Source: an uncultured Solirubrobacteraceae bacterium (GTDB taxonomy: Bacteria; Actinomycetota; Thermoleophilia; Solirubrobacterales; Solirubrobacteraceae). From it: 64,000 nucleotides of DNA. The position numbers were made by a program, and so were the translations under genes. Of the stretch, positions 35,475 to 42,827 are shown one piece after another (within the stretch, counting starts at the first letter, position 1; the number at the start of each line of letters is the position of its first letter). Location of the stretch: the NCBI GenBank assembly GCA_963744685.1, contig CAVUUL010000006.1, forward strand, positions 301,749 through 365,748, given 5' to 3'. The notes beneath the pieces are model-generated. The model was not told the DNA's origin and ran no database searches. It saw only the letters and a program-made list of their open reading frames with translations.

Positions 35475-36178
35475 GCCGATCGCGTCATCGAGCGCTGCGG
35501 CGCCTGGTGGCCGGGGTGCTCCTGCTTCCGGTCGCGATCCTCGCCGCGACCGCAGGCGCCATCGTCTCGCTGCGCTCGGTCTCTGACGCACCCCAGCTCG
35601 CGCGATCGCAGATGGCCGGTCACGCCGAGGGCACCGCGACGCCGGTGCCGCGCCGCCTCGCCGCGGCGGTGATCGCGACCGAGGACGAGCACTTCGACGA
35701 GGACGTCGTGGTCAACGTGGCGGCTGGAATCGCGCGGGCGGGTCTGGCGGTGCTCGAGGGGCAGACGAACCCGGGCGGCGCGACGATCGACCAGCAGTTG
35801 GCCAAGGCGCTGTACGGCGACGCCGGCGGTGTGCTGGGGGTCGTGCGTCAGATCGGGCTCGGCGTCAAGCTCGGAGCCGACTACTCGCATCATGCGATCC
35901 TCGCGATGTACCTCAACGTCAACTACTACGGCAACGGCTACTGGGGGGTTCGCCAGGCGACGGAGGGCTATTTCGGCACCGCGCCCGCACGGATCACCTG
36001 GCCGGAGGCGGCAATGCTCGCCGGCCTGCTCCAGGCGCCGTCGGCCTACGACCCGCTTCATCATCTCGCGCTCGCGCGCCGGCGCCAGCGCCACGTGCTC
36101 GCGCAACTGGTCGCAAACCACGACCTCACCGCCCGCCAGGCGGCGGCCGACGCGCGCGCCAAGCTGCCGCTGCGCTGA
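35471..36178 (+). CDS. Monofunctional GT51-like peptidoglycan glycosyltransferase (membrane-anchored, 235 aa)
   Basis: GT51 motifs ATEDEHF, GGATIDQQLAK, ILAMYLN and RRRQRHVL. The GTG at 35471 overlaps the permease stop. Confidence 0.75.
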   Translation: MSRSRHRALRRLVAGVLLLPVAILAATAGAIVSLRSVSDAPQLARSQMAGHAEGTATPVPRRLAAAVIATEDEHFDEDVVVNVAAGIARAGLAVLEGQTNPGGATIDQQLAKALYGDAGGVLGVVRQIGLGVKLGADYSHHAILAMYLNVNYYGNGYWGVRQATEGYFGTAPARITWPEAAMLAGLLQAPSAYDPLHHLALARRRQRHVLAQLVANHDLTARQAAADARAKLPLR

Positions 36179-36193
36179 GCGCGACGCCGCCGA

Positions 36194-37099
36194 TCAGGCG
36201 TTGTAGGCGATCATCGACGCCCCGAACAGCAGGCAGTAGATCCCGAAGGGCCACAGCGTCCCCTTCTTGAAATACCGCGTGAGGAAGTGCACCGTGATCA
36301 CGGCGGTGACGGCCGCCACCGCGGCCGCTATCAGCGCGGCCAGGCGCACGCCGTGGTCGCCGTTGGGCCCCAGCAGGTCCGGCAGCTTGAAGATGCCGGC
36401 GGCGAGGATGATCGGCGTGGCGAGCAGGAAGCCGTAGCGCGCCGCGTCGGCGTTGTCGAGGCCGCGCGCAAGGCCGGTGGCCATCACGACCCCGTCGCGG
36501 CTGATGCCCGCGACCAACGCCGTCGACTCGCCGAGGCCGATCCATGCCGCTTCGCGGTACTGCAGCGTCTCCAGTCTCCGGCTCGTGCCCGGGCCGGTTC
36601 CCGATCGCTCGGCGAGCTCGCGGACGGAGGCGCGGCGGCGCAGTCGCTCAGCGCCGATCAGCATGAAGCCGTTGACCGTGAGGAAGATCGCGGCAATCAA
36701 AGGCTTGGCGGTGAGGACGCGCAGCGGGTGCTCGAAGACAAGACCGAGGATCCCGACGGGGATGCTCGCGACCACGATCAGCCAGGCCAGCCGCTCGGTG
36801 GGGGTCTGGACGCTGCGTCGCCGGAGGCTGCCGAAGAACGCTCGGACGAGCTCGATCCAGTCGCGCCAGAAGTAGATGAGCAGCCCGATCGCGCTGCCGA
36901 CGTGAAGCATGACGATGAACGCCAGCCACGGCGACTCGGTCGACCTCGACTGCCAGGCCACAATGTTGTTCCAGCCGAACAGGTGCGGGAACAGAACCGT
37001 GTGCCCGAGGCTGGAGATCGGAAACAGCTCGGAGATGCCCTGGAGGACGCCGAGGACGATCGCCTGGAAGGTCGTGATGAGCGCGCCGAAGGTCAACAC
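36194..37099 (-). CDS. uppP: Undecaprenyl-diphosphate phosphatase
   Basis: GVLQGISELFPISSLGH N-terminal motif, 8-TM BacA/UppP layout and ...PISRDG-like GISRDG. Confidence 0.9.
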   Translation of the reverse strand: MLTFGALITTFQAIVLGVLQGISELFPISSLGHTVLFPHLFGWNNIVAWQSRSTESPWLAFIVMLHVGSAIGLLIYFWRDWIELVRAFFGSLRRRSVQTPTERLAWLIVVASIPVGILGLVFEHPLRVLTAKPLIAAIFLTVNGFMLIGAERLRRRASVRELAERSGTGPGTSRRLETLQYREAAWIGLGESTALVAGISRDGVVMATGLARGLDNADAARYGFLLATPIILAAGIFKLPDLLGPNGDHGVRLAALIAAAVAAVTAVITVHFLTRYFKKGTLWPFGIYCLLFGASMIAYNA

Positions 37100-37321
37100 C
37101 GGATCGCGCTCCGGCTGTCGGAGGGCTCGTAAGTCACAGGCTCACCCTCATTGTGCGGTGCCCGGCGGTCGTAGGCAATCGGGCGCAAGGGTGAGGTTCG
37201 AGAGCGCGACTGTCCGCCAAAAGTCGCAGCTGAGGTCATCCCCTGGTCGCAACGTAACTCAACTCTAACCTGTGACCGCCCGCCCGCGTCGTCCGCCTCA
37301 TCGACCTCTCATCGCCTCGGT

Positions 37322-37687
37322 TCACGGTTGCTCCTCGATGACCGTGCGGATGGCGCTGGAGGACTCGAGCAGAATCACCGCGCTCGCCGCCACCAGCATG
37401 GCGGCGAGCAGCGTCACCACCACCCCGAGGGTGCCCTTTCCGATCGGCCCCGCGCCGATCACGGGGCTGAGCGGGACCGGCAGGACGATCTGGACGGCCA
37501 GCTCGACCGGCGCCACGCGCGACGCGGAGAAATGCTGGAGTGCGCTCATCTCCGCGACCAGCCCGACGCCCCCGCCCACGGCGCTCACCAGGATCCAGCC
37601 GGCGACCGCGTCGGTGTCGCTTCGGTGCAGCGCCGCGGCGGCGAGCGCTGTGCTCATCCCCGAGGCCGCAAAGCACAGGCCGCCCAT
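37322..37687 (-). CDS. Small 4-TM membrane protein
   Basis: Four hydrophobic helices. The start is uncertain: ATG at 37687, or 37786, which would overlap the divergent deacetylase gene. Confidence 0.4.
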   Translation of the reverse strand: MGGLCFAASGMSTALAAAALHRSDTDAVAGWILVSAVGGGVGLVAEMSALQHFSASRVAPVELAVQIVLPVPLSPVIGAGPIGKGTLGVVVTLLAAMLVAASAVILLESSSAIRTVIEEQP

Positions 37688-37711
37688 CGCGGCGCTAGCG
37701 CTACCGATCCC

Positions 37712-38410
37712 ATGAGCGGACGGGCCCTGTTTCGCGGCGCGGTCGGCGCGGCGGTCGTCCAGTTCGCGCCGGCGATCTCGTGCCATGCCCCGCGGGTGTG
37801 CGACATGCTCTCACTGCGCCGCCAGCTCCAGGTCGGGGGGACGGTCGCGCTCACGTTCGACGACGGACCGCACCCCGAGGGGACCGCCGCCGTGCTGTCG
37901 GTGTTGGCCGGCCACGATGCGAAGGCGACGTTCTTTCTCGTGGGCGAGCAGGTCCGGCGCTTTCCTTCGCTGGCGCGGGAGATCGTCGACGCCGGCCACT
38001 CCATCGGTCTGCACGGTGAAACCCACCGCTGCGAGCTGCGATTGACGCCCGGCATGCTCGCCGAAGACCGGGCGCGCGGCCTGGAGTCGATCCACTCCGC
38101 CACCGGCGTGCGGCCGATCATCCACCGACCGCCCTACGGGGCCGCCAGCGGGCCGGGGGTGGCGCACGCGAGACGCGAGGGGATGGAGACCGTCCTCTGG
38201 AGTCGCTGGGGCCGGGACTGGCGCGCCGCGGCGACCGCGGACACGGTGCTGCGCGACGTCACACGCTCCGGCCCCCTCGACCGTGAGATCGTGCTCCTGC
38301 ACGACGCCGATCACTACGCCGCCCATGGGAGCTTCCAGGCGACGGTGGGGGCGTTACCGGGGATCCTCGAGCGCTGCGCCGAGCAGGGGCTCACCCCGGT
38401 GCGGCTCTGA
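37712..38410 (+). CDS. Polysaccharide deacetylase (NodB/CE4 family)
   Basis: TFDDGP, GLHGETH and LLHD motifs. Confidence 0.8.
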   Translation: MSGRALFRGAVGAAVVQFAPAISCHAPRVCDMLSLRRQLQVGGTVALTFDDGPHPEGTAAVLSVLAGHDAKATFFLVGEQVRRFPSLAREIVDAGHSIGLHGETHRCELRLTPGMLAEDRARGLESIHSATGVRPIIHRPPYGAASGPGVAHARREGMETVLWSRWGRDWRAAATADTVLRDVTRSGPLDREIVLLHDADHYAAHGSFQATVGALPGILERCAEQGLTPVRL

Positions 38411-38486
38411 CCGGCGTCTATGCACTGAAGGAGCATCGAACCGGCGATCGTCGCCGACGAAGCCCAGTTGACGGTGAGACGCCCGG

Positions 38487-39140
38487 CTAGGACGCGGAGG
38501 CGCTGGCGAACGCCGTGAACGCCTCGATGACGCTGCGCAGGTGCTCGTGCATTGCCCTCTCGGCCGCCGCGGAGTCGTGGTTGACGACGGCCTCGACGAT
38601 CGCCTCGTGCTGAGGCAGCGAGACGGCGGAGCGTCCGGGAACCAGCGAGAGCGTGAACTGGTGGCGGACGGTGAGGCCGCGGAGCTGCTCGAGCAACTGA
38701 GCGGCGATCGTATGGCCGGAGATCTCCCGCAGCGTCGCGTGCAGGGTCACGTTGAGCTCGCTGTAGCGCATCAGCTCGCCGTTCTCGACCGCGACGCGCA
38801 TGTCCTTGGCGAGCTGCCGGAGCGCCGCCGCCTGCGCTCGGGTCACCCGTTCGGCGGCGCGAGCCGCCTCGTGGCCCTCGAGCAGCATCCGGACCTCGGT
38901 GATCTCGATTGCCTCGCCGAGACTGACGTCTCGCACGCGTGCGCCGCGATTGCGCTGGAACTCGACCAGGCCCTGCGCGGCCAGGTCCTGGAGGGCGGTG
39001 CGGATCTGAAAGCGCGACGCCCCGAACCGCTCGCACAGGTCGGCCTCGATCAGCCGCTGGCGAGGTGCGAAGCTGCCGTCGAGGATCGCGTCCCGGATCC
39101 GGTCCGTGAGGGTGATGATCGGGCTCTCTTCTGGGCTCAT
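38487..39140 (-). CDS. GntR-family regulator (FadR/FCD subfamily)
   Basis: N-terminal wHTH (...QRLIEADLCERFGASRFQIRTALQDLAAQGLV) and an FCD-type helical C-terminus. Confidence 0.9.
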   Translation of the reverse strand: MSPEESPIITLTDRIRDAILDGSFAPRQRLIEADLCERFGASRFQIRTALQDLAAQGLVEFQRNRGARVRDVSLGEAIEITEVRMLLEGHEAARAAERVTRAQAAALRQLAKDMRVAVENGELMRYSELNVTLHATLREISGHTIAAQLLEQLRGLTVRHQFTLSLVPGRSAVSLPQHEAIVEAVVNHDSAAAERAMHEHLRSVIEAFTAFASASAS

Positions 39141-39204
39141 GGCTGCTCGGCGGGGTCTCGACGGGGCGTGGAGGCTGGCACAGACTAGGCCGGCAATCCG
39201 CTGA

Positions 39205-39279
39205 TTGTCAACAAAGCTGAGCCGAGTGAGGCGACTCGTGCAACGATCTCCATTCGAATTCGCGCAATATTGTTGACAT
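39205..39279. promoter_or_regulatory. Two GntR-type operator candidates (TTGTCAACAA at 39205-39214; TTGTTGACAT at 39270-39279)
   Basis: TTGT-NN-ACAA palindromes fit the GntR/FadR t.GT.N.AC.a half-site logic. The two sites share the 9-mer TGTCAACAA in opposite orientation. Confidence 0.4.
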
Positions 39280-39301
39280 TCTGAGCGGTGACGTCTGTAC
39301 T
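39273..39301 (+). promoter_or_regulatory. Candidate promoter TTGACA-N17-TGTACT for the PIG-L/RraA/dioxygenase operon
   Basis: Perfect -35 (39273-39278) and a 4/6 -10 (39296-39301). The predicted TSS is about 39308, at the GTG 39309, which implies a leaderless mRNA. Confidence 0.35.
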
Positions 39302-39308
39302 ACACCTC

Positions 39309-40025
39309 GTGAGTGGTCGCAGATTGTTGGTGATCGGTGCGCATTCCGCCGATTTTGTCTGGCGCGCGGGCGGCGCGATCGCGGTGTGCACCGCCACCGG
39401 CGGCGAGGCGCAGGTGGTTGCGCTCTCCTACGGCGAGCGGGGCGAGTCGGGGGAGCTGTGGAAGCAGGACGACCAGACGACCGAGAACGTCAAGCGCATC
39501 CGCCACGGCGAGGCCGAGCGCGCCGCGGCGCACCTCGGCGCGTCGTTTCGCGCCCTGGATCTCGGTGACTATCCGCTCGAGATCGATTCCGAGGCGCTTC
39601 TGCAGATCACCGACGTGATCCGCGAGTTCGCCCCCGACGTGCTGATCACGCACACCGATACCGACCCGTTCAACCCCGACCATCCGGTGGCCTATCGCGC
39701 GGTCGACCGCGCGCGCAGTCTGGCGGCGGGGGCGGGAGTGCCGAGCTCGTTTCGGACGGTCCGACCGCCGCAGCTGTTCCTGTTCGAGCCCCACCAGCCG
39801 GAGCTGTGCAACTTCACGCCGACGACGTTCCTCGACATCACCGCGGTCTTCGATCGCAAGGTGGCGGCGATGGCGGAGATGAAGGCGCAGGCCTATCTGC
39901 AGACCTACTACCGCGAGCGCGCCGATCACCGCGGCAACCATGCGCGGCGCGCGTCGGGCGACCAGTCGATCCGCCAGGCCGAGGCGTTTCAGCGGGTGAT
40001 ACCGCAGGTGGTGAGTGCGCTGTGA
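39309..40025 (+). CDS. PIG-L/LmbE-family zinc hydrolase, GalB-like (putative 4-oxalomesaconate hydratase)
   Basis: LLVIGAHSADFVWRAGG and HTDTDPFNPDHP metal motifs of the PIG-L fold. Its context with an RraA-like aldolase matches gallate-pathway GalB/GalC. An alternative start lies at 39288. Confidence 0.6.
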   Translation: MSGRRLLVIGAHSADFVWRAGGAIAVCTATGGEAQVVALSYGERGESGELWKQDDQTTENVKRIRHGEAERAAAHLGASFRALDLGDYPLEIDSEALLQITDVIREFAPDVLITHTDTDPFNPDHPVAYRAVDRARSLAAGAGVPSSFRTVRPPQLFLFEPHQPELCNFTPTTFLDITAVFDRKVAAMAEMKAQAYLQTYYRERADHRGNHARRASGDQSIRQAEAFQRVIPQVVSAL

Positions 40026-40657
40026 CCGTCTCGGAGCAGACGCTGCGGGAGCTGGCGCGGCTCGGCGCCGCGACCGTATACGAGGCGGGTGGCCGCGGCC
40101 GGTTCGTCGACGTCGATCTACATCAGATCGTGCCCGGGTCCCGGGTGGCAGGTCCGGCGCGGACGGTGCGCTGCGGTCAGGACGACAACCTGATGGTTCA
40201 CGCCGTGATGGCGTCGGTGCAGCGTGGGGAGATCATCGTCCTGACGATGCCCGAGCCGCGCCCCATCGCGTTGGTCGGCGATCTGCTTGCCACCCAGGCG
40301 CTCACCCAGGGCGCGGCCGGCATGCTGATCGACGCCTCGGTGCGCGACCTCGAGGAGCTGCGCGAGCTGGGCCTGCCGATCTGGGCGCGCTGGGTCCGGG
40401 TGCATGGAGCCGTCAAGGACGTCGTCGGAGCGATCGGTGAGCCGGTCATCGTCGGCGGCGCTCAGATCAGCACCGGCGACGTGCTGGTGATGGACGCCGA
40501 CGGCGTGGCGGTGGTCGAGGCCGGGCGGGCCGAGGAGGTGCTGCAGGCATCGCTTGAGCGGGAGGGGCGCGAGGCGGACAAGCGCGAGCAGCTGCGTGCC
40601 GGAGGCCTGTCCTACGACCTGGACGGATTACGCGCGCGGGTGGAGAGCGGCGGGTGA
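40022..40657 (+). CDS. RraA-family protein, GalC/LigK-like (putative 4-carboxy-4-hydroxy-2-oxoadipate aldolase / oxaloacetate decarboxylase)
   Basis: ...TVYEAGGR...GDLLATQALTQGAAGMLIDASVRDLEEL...GDVLVMDADGV. GTGA overlap with the upstream gene. Confidence 0.7.
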   Translation: MTVSEQTLRELARLGAATVYEAGGRGRFVDVDLHQIVPGSRVAGPARTVRCGQDDNLMVHAVMASVQRGEIIVLTMPEPRPIALVGDLLATQALTQGAAGMLIDASVRDLEELRELGLPIWARWVRVHGAVKDVVGAIGEPVIVGGAQISTGDVLVMDADGVAVVEAGRAEEVLQASLEREGREADKREQLRAGGLSYDLDGLRARVESGG

Positions 40658-41667
40658 CAGCGAACAACGCGCTCACGCGCGATGTCGCGCACATCCATCA
40701 CGCCGAGCTGCTCACCCCGTACCCGGAGCGCAGCGAGCGCTTCTTCGTCGAGCTGTTCGGGATGCAGGTGGTCGCGCGCGAGCGCCAGTCGGTGTTCCTG
40801 CGCGGCTGGGGTGAGACGCAGGTCTACGGCCTGAAGCTCACCGAGGCGCCGCTGCCCGGCCTCGGCCACCTCGCGCTGCGGACCTGGGACGCCGAGGGGC
40901 TGGCGCGGCGGGTGGCCGCGATCGAGGCCACGGGCCTGGGGGAGGGATGGACCGAGGGTGATCTCGGGCATGGCCCTGCCTATCGGTTCCGCGACCCGGA
41001 TGGGCACACCCTGGAGATCCTGTTCGAGGCCTCGCGCTACGCGCCGCCCGACGCGCTTCGCCCGCGGTTGAAGAACGTGCCCCAGCGTCACGTCGATCGC
41101 GGCGCCGCGGTCAAGCGCCTGGACCACGCCAACCTGCTCGCCGCCGATGTGACCGCCTGCCGCGAGTTCTCGGTGCAGACGCTCGGCTGCCGTCTGTACG
41201 AGCAGGTGATCCTCGACTCCGGTGAGGAGGCGGGGGCGTGGATGAGCTTCACCATCGCCGCCCACGAGCTGATCTACACCGCCGACCACATGCGTGGCCG
41301 GGGCCGGCTGCATCATCTCGCCTGGTTCGTCGACACCCGCGAGGAGCTGCTGCGCGCCGCCGACCTGTTCCTCGATGCGGACGTCCCGATCGAGGCGGCG
41401 CCGTCCAAGCACGCTGTCGCTCAGGGGATGTTCCTCTACGTGTATGAGCCCGGCGGCAACCGGGTCGAGGTCACGACGGGCACCCACTTCATCTATGACC
41501 CGGACTACGAGCCGGTCGTCTGGACCGAGGCGGAGCGCCGCCGCGGCCAGGCGTGGGGCGTGGCGACCGTCCCGACCTTCCACACGTACGGCACGCCCGA
41601 TCTGTCCGGTGCTGCGCCCGGGCCACCGATCCCACCGACGAGCCAGATCGTCGGCCCGGAGGTCTGA
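40654..41667 (+). CDS. Type I (two-domain VOC) extradiol dioxygenase, catechol 2,3-dioxygenase-like
   Basis: HAELLT...FRDPDGHTLEI...RLDHANLL...RLHHLAWFV...YVYEPGGNRVE pattern. GTGA overlap with the upstream gene. Confidence 0.8.
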   Translation: MTANNALTRDVAHIHHAELLTPYPERSERFFVELFGMQVVARERQSVFLRGWGETQVYGLKLTEAPLPGLGHLALRTWDAEGLARRVAAIEATGLGEGWTEGDLGHGPAYRFRDPDGHTLEILFEASRYAPPDALRPRLKNVPQRHVDRGAAVKRLDHANLLAADVTACREFSVQTLGCRLYEQVILDSGEEAGAWMSFTIAAHELIYTADHMRGRGRLHHLAWFVDTREELLRAADLFLDADVPIEAAPSKHAVAQGMFLYVYEPGGNRVEVTTGTHFIYDPDYEPVVWTEAERRRGQAWGVATVPTFHTYGTPDLSGAAPGPPIPPTSQIVGPEV

Positions 41668-41706
41668 CGCGCGGTCGCCGCCCCTACGGTCGCGGCGCCC
41701 CCCGGC

Positions 41707-42696
41707 TCACGAGGACAGCGCCGCCGCGACCGGTGCGACGACGAGCTCCGGAGCAGGCCCGAACCGGCGCGCGACGGCCTGATCGACGACCGCCCAAGCC
41801 GCGTAGCAGAGCGATCCGGTGATCCCGGTGACCGCCACCAGCACCCCGGCGGCGGCGGTCGCGGCAACGCCATGCGCGCCCAGGATGAGCACGGCGGCGG
41901 CAGGCCCGATGCTCGGCCCGATCGGGAGCTGTCCCAGCGTGAACATCGCGATCAGCCAGGCCATCGCGGCGAACACGGAGACGTCGACGCCGATCGCGCG
42001 AAGCATCAGCCAGTTGCGGGCGACCTGAGCGACCACCGCGATCAGCGTGAACGTGATCATGTGAGCGCGCCGCTTACCGCGAAGGACGGCCAATCCAGCC
42101 CAGCACCCGGTGTGGCGTCGCTCCGACAGCCTGCGCAAGCCGACAACAACGCCGCCCATCAACCCCACGGCGATCACCGGAACCCACCATGGAACGCCCA
42201 GCGGCGCGATCAACGTGAACGAGAACAGGGCGGCGAGCACGATCTCGATCGTGATGATCGGGACCTCCGCCGCTACCAGCGCGGGCACCCGTGGCGCGCT
42301 GCTTCCGGCCATTCGGCGCAGCGACGCGATCCGCGCCGCCATCCCCAGTGAGCCGTTGATCACGCTCGCGAGGTAGCCCACTCCGGCCGCCCTGAACAGC
42401 AGGCGCCGGGACACCGTGCCGCCAGCCTCCCGTACGCAGACGTTCCAGGCTTCACTGCGTGACAGCAGGGCGATGATCTGGAGCGCCACCGACATCGCGA
42501 GCAGCGTGAGCGGAGCATGATGAAGCGCCGCGACGAACTGCCCACGGCGCCCTGCGAGCACGACCGCCAGCACTCCGGTGACCGCCAGCGCTCCGACCGT
42601 GCTCAGCAGAACCTTTCGGCGGACCGACACACGCTCACAGGTCGCAGCGCTCGCCACCACTTTCGGGTCAAGCTCGAGCGACACCGCGACCTCCAC
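41707..42696 (-). CDS. UPF0104 / lysylphosphatidylglycerol-synthase-TM-like membrane protein
   Basis: Polytopic, with ...LSRSEAWNVCVREAGG...FRAAGVGYLASVINGSLG... typical of the family. The start codon is uncertain. Confidence 0.65.
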   Translation of the reverse strand: MEVAVSLELDPKVVASAATCERVSVRRKVLLSTVGALAVTGVLAVVLAGRRGQFVAALHHAPLTLLAMSVALQIIALLSRSEAWNVCVREAGGTVSRRLLFRAAGVGYLASVINGSLGMAARIASLRRMAGSSAPRVPALVAAEVPIITIEIVLAALFSFTLIAPLGVPWWVPVIAVGLMGGVVVGLRRLSERRHTGCWAGLAVLRGKRRAHMITFTLIAVVAQVARNWLMLRAIGVDVSVFAAMAWLIAMFTLGQLPIGPSIGPAAAVLILGAHGVAATAAAGVLVAVTGITGSLCYAAWAVVDQAVARRFGPAPELVVAPVAAALSS

Positions 42697-42827
42697 GCCT
42701 CATGCGATTTCGGAGGATCAGATCGCGCCGCCGTTCGTGGCCGCCCGCGTCGACTGGTGCTCCCGTCGACCGACCGTATCAGCGGCATCAGTGTTTGGGA
42801 ACCGGTTCCCGGCCAGATCCACCGGGG

